A DNA stretch of 64,000 nt from Candidatus Eiseniibacteriota bacterium. GTDB taxonomy: Bacteria > Eisenbacteria > RBG-16-71-46. This document shows, piece after piece, positions 41,556-51,223 of the stretch. The notes under the pieces were generated by a model. That model worked only from the letters and a program-made list of their open reading frames with translations, ran no database searches and had not been told where the DNA came from. The position numbers and the translations under genes are program-made. How positions within the stretch are numbered: position 1 is the first letter of the stretch; every line of letters starts with the position of its first letter. The stretch spans positions 224,001 through 288,000 of the forward strand of contig CAVUWA010000005.1 of assembly GCA_963744995.1 (NCBI GenBank), given 5' to 3'.

Positions 41556-41888
41556 ATGGCAGCAAAGAAGAAGCGCAAGCGGTACACCCCCGCGCAGCGT
41601 GCAAAGATTCTGGCCGCGGCACAGAAACAGGGACTCACCGCCGCGCAGGTCCAGAAGCAATTCGGCGTCACACCGGTCACGTACTACTCGTGGCGGAAGA
41701 AGTCGGGCAGCGCCGCGCGCCGCGGGCGCAGGGGCCCCGGCCGTCCCGCCGGCGGCGGACTCGCAACGCAGGTCCGCTCGGAAGTGCAGTCGCGCGTTCG
41801 CGAGATGCTGCCGGGCATCGTGCGGCAGGAAGTGAACAGCTACCTCGATACGCTGTTCGGCTCGCGGCGCGGCGGCAAGCGCGCCTGA
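41556..41888 (+). CDS. Small basic HTH protein resembling IS3 OrfA (HTH_Tnp_1-like)
   Basis: GGAGG SD; RKRYTPAQRAKIL...VQKQFGVTPVTYYSWRKK; no catalytic transposase ORF follows. Confidence 0.75.
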   Translation: MAAKKKRKRYTPAQRAKILAAAQKQGLTAAQVQKQFGVTPVTYYSWRKKSGSAARRGRRGPGRPAGGGLATQVRSEVQSRVREMLPGIVRQEVNSYLDTLFGSRRGGKRA

Positions 41889-41949
41889 TCGTGCGGGGCG
41901 GCGGCCCGGTCGCCGCCGCCCCGTCCGCCGCTTCGGCGCAGCCCTTGCG

Positions 41950-42639
41950 TCAGCGCGGCGCCAGGCCGGCCGCGGCCTCGCGGTCCAGGAACCACGCGCG
42001 GCCCCGGGCGAGCCGGATCGGACAGGCGAGCACCTCCAGATCCTCACCCAGGGCACGCGCCACCATGCGTGACTTCCCGGACCCGGTCACCAGCACCATG
42101 ACCGCGCGCGCCTCCGCGATCACGCGCGGCAGGATCGTCATCCGCCGCGGCGGCGGCTTCGGACTGTCCGTCACCAGCGCCACCCGCCGCTCGCGATCGG
42201 CGAGCAGCGGCGAACCGGGAAACAGCGAAGCGGTGTGGCCATCGCCCCCCATGCCGAGCAGCAGCAGATCGAGCGGCGTTTCGAGCAGTCGCTCGTATTC
42301 CGCGAGCGCGGCGTCTTCGTCCGGATCGTCGGCGCGCATGCGGTGCACACGCGGGCCCGGTGCCGGCAGATCCGCGAGCAGGGTTTCGCGCAGGAGTCGC
42401 AGCGTGCTGTCAGGATCATCCGGCGCCACCGCGCGTTCGTCCGCGAACAGGATCTCGACGCGCGGCCAGTCGACCCCGTCCAGCGTCGCGAGCGTGCGGT
42501 AGAGCGCGCCGGGCGTCGATCCGCCGGAGACCGCCAGCCGGGCGCGGCCGCGCGCCTGGATCGCGGCCGCGGCGATTTGCGCCACGTGCGCGGCGCCTGC
42601 GCGCGCCACCTCCGCGGAGTTCTCGAAGATCCGGATCAA
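41950..42639 (-). CDS. pgl: 6-phosphogluconolactonase
   Basis: SGGSTP, FADERAV, LGMGGDGHTASLFP, PKPPPRRMT. Confidence 0.93.
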   Translation of the reverse strand: MIRIFENSAEVARAGAAHVAQIAAAAIQARGRARLAVSGGSTPGALYRTLATLDGVDWPRVEILFADERAVAPDDPDSTLRLLRETLLADLPAPGPRVHRMRADDPDEDAALAEYERLLETPLDLLLLGMGGDGHTASLFPGSPLLADRERRVALVTDSPKPPPRRMTILPRVIAEARAVMVLVTGSGKSRMVARALGEDLEVLACPIRLARGRAWFLDREAAAGLAPR

Positions 42640-42726
42640 TGGCTTCGCACCGCTGGCGTCCCCACCGCAATCCCGTGGGCGTCCCGCCGCGCGCTCGTGG
42701 CGCGCCGGACCGGCCTCATGGACCGC

Positions 42727-44241
42727 CTAGAGCTCCCGCCAGCCGCCGCCCTGGCGCCGTATCAGGTCGTGGCATGCGGCCGGCCCCCACGAGCCCGGCT
42801 CGTAGTTGGGGAAGTCGGTCGGCACGTGTCGCCGATAGTGTTCGAGGATCGGAGTGATCCACGCCCACGACGCCTCGACCGCGTCGCGGCGTGCGAACAG
42901 GGTCGCGTCGCCGCGCATGGCGTCGAGCAGCAGGCGTTCGTACGCCTCCGGCGGCTCGCCGCCGAACGTCTCGACGTAGCTCATGTTCATGCGCACCTGC
43001 CCCACCGCGACGTCGTGACCGGGAATCTTCGACGCGAAGCTCAGCTGGATGCCCTCATCGGGCTGGATGCGCAGCGTGAGGACGTTGGGCTCGAGGTGTT
43101 CGCACACGTCCTCGCGGCCGAACAGCGACAGCGGAATGGGCTGCATGACGAGCGAGACCTCGGTCGAGCGCTTCTTGAGCTTCTTGCCGGTGCGCAGATA
43201 GAACGGCACCCCCTGCCAGCGCCAGTTGTCCACGTAGACCCGCAGCGCCGCGAAGGTCGGCGTGACCGAATCCTTCGCCACGTTCTTTTCGTCGCGGTAG
43301 CCGCGATACTGGCCGAGGACGACGTCGCGCGGAATCGTGTCCGACCACGGCGTGCGCAGGGCCTTCATCACCTTCACCTTCTCGTCGCGGATCTCATCGG
43401 CGCCGGCGGTATACGGCGGCTCCATCGCCACCAGGCTCAGCACCTCGAGCAGGTGGTTCTGCACGATGTCGCGCAGCACGCCGTTCTCTTCGTAGAAGCG
43501 GCCACGCGAGCCGATCCCCACGGACTCCGCGGCGGTGATTTCGACGTAGCTCACGTACTTCCGGTTCCAGAGGGGTTCGAACATGCTGTTCGCGAACCGG
43601 AACACCATGATGTTCTGCACCGTCTCCTTGCCGAGATAGTGATCGATGCGAAACGCCTGCGACTCGTCCAGCGTTCCGCCGACCAGCCGGTTGAGCGCGC
43701 GCGCGCTCTCCAGATCGTGGCCGAACGGCTTCTCGATGATCACCCGCGACCAGTGTTTCTCGTGCGGCCGGTAGATGAGGCCCGCTTCCTTGAGTCCCTT
43801 CAGAATCCGTTCGAACTGGCTCGGCGGCACGGCGAGGTAGAACAGCCGGTTGCCACCGAGTCCGAGGCGCTCGTCGAGTTCGCCCAGCCGCTCGGCCAGG
43901 CGCTTGTAGAGCTTCGGATCGTCGAACTCACCCTGCACGTAGTGCAGCGCCGAGGCGAACTCGTTCCACACGGCCTCGTCGAGGCCCGAGCGCGAGAATT
44001 CCTTCACTGCGGCGTGCAGGTCGTTGCGGAACGCGTCGTCGGACATGTCACGGCGCGAGACGCCCACCCCGCCGAATCGCTGCGGGAGCGAGTCGTTCGC
44101 GGCCAGGTTGTAGATCGCCGGCAGCAACTTGCGATGGGTGAGATCGCCGGTCGCGCCGAACACCACGAAGGCGCACGGCGGCGCTTCGCGCCCGGTTCGC
44201 GGCAAGGTCCGGGGAACGGAGGCTTCGATGGGAGCGGTCAT
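42727..44241 (-). CDS. zwf: Glucose-6-phosphate 1-dehydrogenase
   Basis: GATGDL, EKPFG, RIDHYLGKETVQN, NWRWQGVPFYLRTGK. Confidence 0.97.
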   Translation of the reverse strand: MTAPIEASVPRTLPRTGREAPPCAFVVFGATGDLTHRKLLPAIYNLAANDSLPQRFGGVGVSRRDMSDDAFRNDLHAAVKEFSRSGLDEAVWNEFASALHYVQGEFDDPKLYKRLAERLGELDERLGLGGNRLFYLAVPPSQFERILKGLKEAGLIYRPHEKHWSRVIIEKPFGHDLESARALNRLVGGTLDESQAFRIDHYLGKETVQNIMVFRFANSMFEPLWNRKYVSYVEITAAESVGIGSRGRFYEENGVLRDIVQNHLLEVLSLVAMEPPYTAGADEIRDEKVKVMKALRTPWSDTIPRDVVLGQYRGYRDEKNVAKDSVTPTFAALRVYVDNWRWQGVPFYLRTGKKLKKRSTEVSLVMQPIPLSLFGREDVCEHLEPNVLTLRIQPDEGIQLSFASKIPGHDVAVGQVRMNMSYVETFGGEPPEAYERLLLDAMRGDATLFARRDAVEASWAWITPILEHYRRHVPTDFPNYEPGSWGPAACHDLIRRQGGGWREL

Positions 44242-44251
44242 GCGCGTTCCC

Positions 44252-45154
44252 TCAGCGGCCCGCGGCCCTGACCGCGTGGCCGCCGAACTGATTGCGGAGC
44301 GACGCCAGGACGCGATCGCTGAACAGATTCGCATCGCGCGAGCTGAAGCGCGAGAACAGCGCGAGGGCCAGCACCGGCGTGGGCACGCCGCGCTCGACCG
44401 ATTCGAGCACCGTCCAGCGGCCCTCGCCCGAATCGTCGACGTAGCCCTTCACCTTCTCCATCTTCGGGTCGTCTTCGAACGCGCGCTCGGCCAGCTCCAG
44501 CAGCCATGAGCGCACCACGCTGCCGTGATTCCAGAGATTCGAGAGCTTCGAGAGGTCGTAGCCGAACTCGCTGACCTCGAGCAGCTGGAAGCCCTCGGCG
44601 TAGGCCTGCATCATGCCGTACTCGATGCCGTTGTGGACCATCTTCGAGAAGTGCCCGGCGCCGATCGGCCCGACGTGCTGCCAGAAGCCGGGCGGCGCGA
44701 GCGCATCCAGCGCCGGCGACAGGCGGTCGATGACGCCCTTTTCGCCGCCGATCATGATGCAGTAGCCGTTCTCCAGACCCCATACCCCGCCCGACACGCC
44801 GGCGTCCGCGAACGCGATGCCGGCCTCGCGCAGCGCGGCGCCGCGCCGCTGCGAATCGCGGTAGTTGGAGTTCCCGCCGTCGATGATCAGATCGCCCTTC
44901 GTGAGGGTACCCTGCAGATGTTCGATCGTGTCGTCGACGGGCTTGCCCGACGGAATCATGAGCCAGATCGCGCGCGGCGCCGGCAGCGCCGAAACGAGCG
45001 CGTCGAGCGACTTCGCGCCGCGGCCGCCTTCCTTCTCGAGCTCGGCGGTGGCTTCCGGCTTGCGGTTGTATCCGGTGACGCGATGCCCGGCACGTTGCAG
45101 CCGGCGCGCCATGTTGAGCCCCATCTTGCCGAGACCGACCATTCCGATGTCCAT
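44252..45154 (-). CDS. gnd: Short-form decarboxylating 6-phosphogluconate dehydrogenase
   Basis: GLGKMG, IDGGN, GVSGG, KMVHNGIEYG, DSGEGRW, RNQFGGH. Confidence 0.94.
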   Translation of the reverse strand: MDIGMVGLGKMGLNMARRLQRAGHRVTGYNRKPEATAELEKEGGRGAKSLDALVSALPAPRAIWLMIPSGKPVDDTIEHLQGTLTKGDLIIDGGNSNYRDSQRRGAALREAGIAFADAGVSGGVWGLENGYCIMIGGEKGVIDRLSPALDALAPPGFWQHVGPIGAGHFSKMVHNGIEYGMMQAYAEGFQLLEVSEFGYDLSKLSNLWNHGSVVRSWLLELAERAFEDDPKMEKVKGYVDDSGEGRWTVLESVERGVPTPVLALALFSRFSSRDANLFSDRVLASLRNQFGGHAVRAAGR

Positions 45155-45272
45155 GCTCTCTCCTCGTTGACGGCCTGCCGTGCGACCCGAGAGCCACCGG
45201 CGGCGGACGAAAGACCGACGGCCCGCTCACTCCATGTAAGCCCGGAGCGCGGACCGAAGCAAGCCGGAGCCC

Positions 45273-46481
45273 TCAGGCGGGCTGCGGACGCGGCCCCGCG
45301 CCGGGACCGGGGGCCGGCGGGTCGGATGGTGCGCCGCGTTCGTCTTCGCGCGTCTCGGGCAGCCGCAGCGCGAACATCAGCCCTGGGACCAGCGCGAAAG
45401 CGAGGGCGAACATCGCGGTCCCGAGCCCGTGGCGGTCGGCGAGCGCCCCCGCGGGGCCGATGAGCAGCATGCTCATCCCCCACGCGGCGCCCATCAACAG
45501 GCTCGACACGGTGGAAGCGTGGCGCGGCGCGATCTGCTGGCCCATCACGACGACGACCGGCAGCCCGGTCTGCAGCAGGAAGTTGCCGGCCACCAGCACC
45601 GGCACCGCCCATGCGGACGGCAGGAACGGATACGCGAGGAACAGCGGCAGGCCGCCCATGAACGAACGCACGATCACGCTGCGGCATCCGATGCGATCGG
45701 CCAGCCAGCCGCCGAGGAACGCGCCGAGCGCGCCGGCGGTGAGGTAGGCGCTCACCGCGAGCCCGCCAAAGCCGACGCCGTGCCCGCGACTCACCAGATG
45801 CAGCGGCAGGAACGTCATGAACCCGTAGCCGGCCGCCGAACGGCACACGGCGCTCAGGTAGAGAGCGGTGAGCGGGCCCGCGACCGGACGCAGCTCGCGC
45901 CAGCGCGCACGCTCGCGCGGCCGGATCGAGACCGAACGCATGCGCCGGAACCACGCCACCAGCAGCAGGCCCAGCGGCAGGGCCGTGAGCCCCCAGACCC
46001 ACGTGCGCTCGAGCCCGAACGTTCCGGCGATGGCCACCGCGATCAGCGGACCCGCGGAGAAGCCCGCCGTGCCACCCGAGACGAAGATCGACATCGCGAG
46101 TCCACGGCGTCCGATGAGTCCGCCGGCCAGTGCGACCGCCTGCGGATGGAACGCCGCCACGCCGAGGCCGCCGACCATGACCAGCGCGACCAGCGCGGGG
46201 AAGCTCGGCGCGAGCCCCACCGCGCAGAGGAAGACGCCCGCACACAACGGGCCGGCGACCACGAACCAGGGACGGTGCAGGCGGTCGGCGAGCACGCCGA
46301 ACAGGGGCTGCAGCAGCGAGGAGGTGACCGCCGCCAGCGCGACCAGCGTGCCCACCATGGTGAGGCTCAGGTCGAGCTTCTCGACCAGCAGCGGCAGGAG
46401 CGGCGAGAGGAAGCTCGAATAGCTGTCGATCGCGAAGTGACCGGTGGTGAGCAGGGCGAGGCGCGGCGACCAGCGAGGCAT
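45273..46481 (-). CDS. MFS transporter (Fsr-like)
   Basis: About 12 TM segments; QPLFGVLADR, AAFHP, GGWLADRIG. Confidence 0.88.
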   Translation of the reverse strand: MPRWSPRLALLTTGHFAIDSYSSFLSPLLPLLVEKLDLSLTMVGTLVALAAVTSSLLQPLFGVLADRLHRPWFVVAGPLCAGVFLCAVGLAPSFPALVALVMVGGLGVAAFHPQAVALAGGLIGRRGLAMSIFVSGGTAGFSAGPLIAVAIAGTFGLERTWVWGLTALPLGLLLVAWFRRMRSVSIRPRERARWRELRPVAGPLTALYLSAVCRSAAGYGFMTFLPLHLVSRGHGVGFGGLAVSAYLTAGALGAFLGGWLADRIGCRSVIVRSFMGGLPLFLAYPFLPSAWAVPVLVAGNFLLQTGLPVVVVMGQQIAPRHASTVSSLLMGAAWGMSMLLIGPAGALADRHGLGTAMFALAFALVPGLMFALRLPETREDERGAPSDPPAPGPGAGPRPQPA

Positions 46482-46558
46482 GGCCCGAGGCTAGCACCGC
46501 ACCCGCAAAACACGGAGGGGGCGGACCCTGAAGGGCCCGCCCCGCGCCGCGGCCGCGC

Positions 46559-49123
46559 TCAGGCGGCGCGTTTCAGGATCTGGTCGTAGCGCCGGATGTA
46601 GTCCATGACCCGCTCCACCTCCTGCTCGGACTGAGCAAGACTCTCGACCACGCGATCCACGTTCCCCTCGTGCGCGAGGGCCTCCATGCGCCCGAACACG
46701 TCGGCGCACGCCGCCGCGCCGATCGTGGCGCTCATCCCCTTGAGGCCGTGCGCCTCGAACTCGACCTGCTTCGCATCGCGGACCTGCACCGCCTGTCGCA
46801 TCCGCTCGACCCGCGGGCGGACGTCGTCGCGGAACGCCTTGAGCAGCGTCTCGCGCAGGGCGGGAATGCCCATGCACGACTCCTCGAGCCGCGTCGGGTC
46901 GAGCGCCGGCGGCCGCTGGTCTTCGCCGCTCGAATCGTTCCGGGCCGGCGGCGGCGTGGCCGGCGTCTCCGTGGCCGGCGTCTCCGCAGTCTCGACCGGC
47001 TCGGCATCCGCCGCGTCCAGACGTGGCACACCGGAGTCCTGTGTGAAGCGCTCGACCATCTGCGTGAGCTGGCCCAGGTCGAGCGGCTTGCCGATGTAGC
47101 CGTCCATGCCGGCGTCCATGCAGCGACGCCGTTCCTCGGCGGTGGCCGTGGCGGTCATCGCCACGATCGGCGTGTGCTGGCGGCCGCGTTCGCGGGCCCT
47201 GAGCGCGGCCGTCGCGCGGTAGCCGTCGACCTCCGGCATTTGCAGATCCATGAGGATGAGATCGAACTGGTCGCCCTCGATCGCCTGCACCGCCTGCGCG
47301 CCGTTCGATGCCTTGACGACCGTGAAGCCGAGTCGCTGCAGAACCGATTCGGCCACCAGCTGATTCACCTGGTTGTCCTCGACGAGCAGGATCCGCACGC
47401 GGCCGCGCCGCGCTTCCGCGACCGAGTGCCGCGTGACCAGCGGCGTCCCCGACCGATCCGGAGCCGGCGCGGTCTGCATCACGTCCACGACCGCGTCGTA
47501 GATCTGCGACCACTGCAGCGGCCTGAGCAGGTAGGCGGAGAAGCCGGCTTCGCGCACGCGCTCGGCGTCGCCCCGGTTGCCGATGCTGGTCATCAGCATG
47601 AGCCGCGTGTCGTCGAGCGAGGTGTCGTCGCGGATGATCCGGCCGAGTCCGGCGCCATCCACCTCCGGCAGCTGCATCTCGATCAGGGCGAGCCGGAACG
47701 GCTGCCCGCTGCGCACCTCGGCGCGCAGCCGGGTGAGCGCTTCGGTGTGATTCGGCACGCCCTCCGGGCGGCAGCCCCATGCCGTGAGCATGCCGATCGT
47801 CTCCTCGCGCGACTCGGTCGAGGGATCGACGACCAGCACGCGCAGTCCGCGCAGCTGCACCGATTCGGCGGCAGCCGCCGCGGTCCGCGCCGCGGCCTGT
47901 TTCTCGAGGGGAATCCGGAACCAGAAGCGGACGCCGCCTTCGGGCGATTCGGCCATGCCGACTTCGCCATCCATGTTGACGACGATCCTGCGGGCCACGG
48001 CGAGCGACAGGCTCGCACCGCCCTGACGGCGCGCCTGCGCGTCGTCGCTCTTCGACCACGCGTCGAAGACCAGGGCGAGATCGGGGTCCGCCGAGTCGAG
48101 ACCGGACTGGGTCACGCCGAAGCGCAGGAGGACGCGTTCGTCGTCCTCGTGCTCACGCTCGACCTGGATGTGCAGCGTCCCGCTCGAGGTGAGCTTGAGC
48201 GTCGTGGTCGCGAGATTGCAGACGACCTGGCGGATCCGGGCGGGATCGCCCTTGAGCAGCGACGGCGCCTCGTAGTGCACGCGGCAGTCGAAACCGAGGC
48301 CCTTCTCGTTGGCGAGCGGCGCGACCAGCGCAGCGACTTCTTCGACGGTGTGGCGCAGGTCGAAGTCGAGTGACTGCACGTCGAGCGCGTCCTTGTCGAG
48401 GTGCGTGAATTCCAGCGTGTCGTTCACCAGGTTGAGCAGCGCGCCCGAGGAGCTCTGGATCACTTCGATGAAGCTGCGCTGATCGGCGTCGAGTTCCGTC
48501 TCGAGCAGCAGCTGCGCCATGCCGAGGATGCCGTTGATCGGCGTGCGCAACTCCTCGCTCATCGTGGTGAGGAAGTCGGTCTTCAGTTCCGCTTCGGAGC
48601 GCGCTTCATCGAGCCGCGCGGAGAGGTCGGAGCTGTGCGACGCGTCTGCGCTCGCCACGCCGGCGCCGGCCCCCGCCTCGCCTCCGTACGGACCGGCCCA
48701 GCCGGGCGTGCCCCGGGGCGGGTCGGCCGGGGCGGCGGGCCGCGCGCACCCGATGAACAGCACGTCGCCGTCCGGCCGCTCGACCCGCCGCACGCGCGCA
48801 CTGAACGGCAGCGCGTTTCCATCCCCGGTGGTGAGCACGATGTCGGCGGTGACGACCTCGGTCGCCCGACGGCGCTGGCGCAGGAACGTGCGCGCGATCG
48901 CGCGGCGTGACGGCTCGGCGACGATCGAGAGGAAGGAGCCGCCGAGCAGGTTCGCGGCCTTCATGCCCAGATGCGACTCGACCGCCGAGTTGAGCCACTG
49001 GAAGCGCCCTTCGGCGTCACAACAGAAGATGAGGTCGGGAGCCGATTCGATGAGCTCGCGCGCGCCGATCGTCACGTGTGGCGTCGAGCTCGACGGGCTT
49101 CCCTGCCATGGCTTGTCGAACAT
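46559..49123 (-). CDS. PAS-HisKA-HATPase-REC-REC-Hpt hybrid sensor with degenerate kinase core
   Basis: GAGGAG SD; PAS domain; SEELRTP instead of SHELRTP; GDPARIRQ; REC2 VEDN/LMDLQMP/KP; Hpt AHGLKG. Confidence 0.88.
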   Translation of the reverse strand: MFDKPWQGSPSSSTPHVTIGARELIESAPDLIFCCDAEGRFQWLNSAVESHLGMKAANLLGGSFLSIVAEPSRRAIARTFLRQRRRATEVVTADIVLTTGDGNALPFSARVRRVERPDGDVLFIGCARPAAPADPPRGTPGWAGPYGGEAGAGAGVASADASHSSDLSARLDEARSEAELKTDFLTTMSEELRTPINGILGMAQLLLETELDADQRSFIEVIQSSSGALLNLVNDTLEFTHLDKDALDVQSLDFDLRHTVEEVAALVAPLANEKGLGFDCRVHYEAPSLLKGDPARIRQVVCNLATTTLKLTSSGTLHIQVEREHEDDERVLLRFGVTQSGLDSADPDLALVFDAWSKSDDAQARRQGGASLSLAVARRIVVNMDGEVGMAESPEGGVRFWFRIPLEKQAAARTAAAAAESVQLRGLRVLVVDPSTESREETIGMLTAWGCRPEGVPNHTEALTRLRAEVRSGQPFRLALIEMQLPEVDGAGLGRIIRDDTSLDDTRLMLMTSIGNRGDAERVREAGFSAYLLRPLQWSQIYDAVVDVMQTAPAPDRSGTPLVTRHSVAEARRGRVRILLVEDNQVNQLVAESVLQRLGFTVVKASNGAQAVQAIEGDQFDLILMDLQMPEVDGYRATAALRARERGRQHTPIVAMTATATAEERRRCMDAGMDGYIGKPLDLGQLTQMVERFTQDSGVPRLDAADAEPVETAETPATETPATPPPARNDSSGEDQRPPALDPTRLEESCMGIPALRETLLKAFRDDVRPRVERMRQAVQVRDAKQVEFEAHGLKGMSATIGAAACADVFGRMEALAHEGNVDRVVESLAQSEQEVERVMDYIRRYDQILKRAA

Positions 49124-49527
49124 GATCTCGAGCTCCTCGAGCGGGGCTGCGGCCGCAACCGATCCGCCTGGGTCGACCCTGTTTCCCCCGGGAGCACCGG
49201 ACGGGCCGAGGGGGTTTTCGTGCCGGTTATCGGCCTGCCGCTCCAGCCACTTGAGGCGCCGTGCCTCGGGGTCCGGGGCCGGCGACCAGATCGCGCGGCG
49301 AAGGCGGTCGGCGCCGTGCGAGGAGGTGCAGGGGGACATCACCCACAGCAATGCAAAGAGTGGGTCATTCTTCCCAACTGATGTCTTTCACTGGATTTAC
49401 ACCGTTTGTCCTCGCTAGACTTTTCGTCGTCTTCAACCGCCGGCACATGCGCCGGGGTCGTCAGATGCTGCCCTCACGACCGAAGACGCCTGACTCAACC
49501 ACCCCGGTTCCCCACCCGGGGCCACTC

Positions 49528-49612
49528 GATTCGCGGCACCGAAGACCCCGCGGATCCCCCCTCGGTCCCAACTTCCCGGTTGGTGACTGTTGTCTGTCGG
49601 AGGCTGACCATG
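49528..49612 (+). repeat. Conserved structured 5' leader, copy 1
   Basis: Highly similar to 51141..51223; stems GATTCGCGG/CCGCGGATC and CCAAC/GTTGG conserved, loops differ. Confidence 0.75.
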
Positions 49613-50815
49613 CATCACGCTTCACGCTTCACAGCCGTCTTCCGCACCGCCCTGCTGGCCTCGTGCCTGCTGCTCCTGGGCGTCGCGGGCAGCGCCCACG
49701 CGCAGGGCCCGGCCCCGAGCTGCGAGATCACGGGTCCGACCAGCGTTCTCGTGGGCGAACCCTTCACGCTCTGCGGCATCGAAGGCGAAGGCCTGACCTA
49801 CACGTGGCAGGACAGTGAAGGCAACGACATCAATCATGATCGCTGCCTCGACTTCCCGAACGGCCTGCCCGCGCCGGGCTCGTACGACTACGAGTTCATC
49901 ATCAGCCAGGGTCCGGACTTCCTGAAGTGCCCGATCACGATCGTCGTGCGTGAGCTCCCGCCGCCGCCCGATGGACGCTGCTGGCTCACCGGTGGTGGCC
50001 TCAAGGTCACCGACGGCCTCGGCTCGAAGCACAGCTTCGGCGGCAACATCAACCCGGCCTGCAGCCCGACCGCCGGCGAGGGTGGCAACTGGAACGACGT
50101 GAATCACACGGTGGGTCTGCACTTCTCGGGCCGCGCCATCGAAGTGCTGCGCTGCGGCAACGTCGAGGGCATCCCGGAGGGGTCCGAGTCGCCGGTCACG
50201 CCTGTGAACTTCATCGAGTTCACCGGAACGGGCTGGGTCAAGGGCGTCGCCGGTAACCACGCGAGCTACGATAACGTGTACTTCTTCGGCCACTATGAGG
50301 ACCGCGAGGAGCCGGGCAGCAACGGCCAGCCGGATCCGCAGTACCGGGACCGCTACTTCCTGCACGTCTACACCGATCCCACGGATCCTGCGGGGACGAC
50401 AGTGATGCTCGTGGACGGCGACGGCGATCCGACCACCATGGACCCGATCACGATCGACGACGGCAACCTGCAGATGCACTTCCAGCCGTGCGATCCGGAA
50501 GTGGTCACGGGCAGCCTGCGCCAGCAGATCCGCAATGCGGAGACGGGCTCGCTCCCGACCGAACTCTCGTTCTCGGCCACGAATCCGGCGTCGCAGAAGA
50601 GCGTCCTGCGCTTCTCGATGCCGATCGACGGCAACGTGTCGGTCAAGATCTTCGACGTCGCCGGCCGTCAGGTCGCCGACCTCGGCACGGGCTACGTCAC
50701 GGCCGGTTCGCACTCTGTGGACTGGAACGTGCGCGGCGTCGCGCGGGGTCTGTACTTCGCCCGCCTCGTCGTCAACGACCAGGTGCGGACGCAGCAGATC
50801 GTGGTGTCCCGCTAG
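49610..50815 (+). CDS. Secreted Cys-rich protein with FlgD-Ig-like tail (paralog 1; WLTGGG middle domain)
   Basis: GGAGG SD; signal peptide ending AHA; tail KIFDVAGRQV...GLYFARL...QQIVVSR. Confidence 0.85.
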   Translation: MHHASRFTAVFRTALLASCLLLLGVAGSAHAQGPAPSCEITGPTSVLVGEPFTLCGIEGEGLTYTWQDSEGNDINHDRCLDFPNGLPAPGSYDYEFIISQGPDFLKCPITIVVRELPPPPDGRCWLTGGGLKVTDGLGSKHSFGGNINPACSPTAGEGGNWNDVNHTVGLHFSGRAIEVLRCGNVEGIPEGSESPVTPVNFIEFTGTGWVKGVAGNHASYDNVYFFGHYEDREEPGSNGQPDPQYRDRYFLHVYTDPTDPAGTTVMLVDGDGDPTTMDPITIDDGNLQMHFQPCDPEVVTGSLRQQIRNAETGSLPTELSFSATNPASQKSVLRFSMPIDGNVSVKIFDVAGRQVADLGTGYVTAGSHSVDWNVRGVARGLYFARLVVNDQVRTQQIVVSR

Positions 50816-50837
50816 TCACCGAAGCACAGCCATCAGG

Positions 50838-50870
50838 GAAGGGCGGGCCGTCTTTCCGGCCCGCCCTTTC
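50838..50870 (+). terminator. Terminator hairpin
   Basis: GAAGGGCGGGCCG/CGGCCCGCCCTTT directly after the stop. Confidence 0.65.
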
Positions 50871-51140
50871 TGCCTCTGGCATGCAGCAGCCGTCCCGGAC
50901 CCGGGCCATCCACGAGGCCGGAGCCCCACCGGCCGACCCAGGTGGGTCAAATCGCCCACCTTGCGGCCCGCCGTCTTGGCGTGAATGTCCTGACCAACCC
51001 AACTATTCACTGGCGGTTGCAGGATACGGTCACTAGAATTACGCGAGGTCTGTCACCCGATGGCAGCCGGTGTGCCGCCCTCCCTGCCCTGCGGCCCCGG
51101 CGCCCGTGGTGTGCGCTCCCGGGTTGTTCCGGGATCCCCC

Positions 51141-51223
51141 GATTCGCGGCGCACAGACCCCGCGGATCTCCCCTCGGTCACCAACTCCAGGTTGGCGACT
51201 GGCGTCTGTCGGAGGCTGACATG
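51141..51223 (+). repeat. Conserved structured 5' leader, copy 2
   Basis: Highly similar to 49528..49612. Confidence 0.75.

Noticed and set aside
41556..41888. Active insertion sequence
   Set aside because: No catalytic transposase, terminal inverted repeats or target duplication seen.
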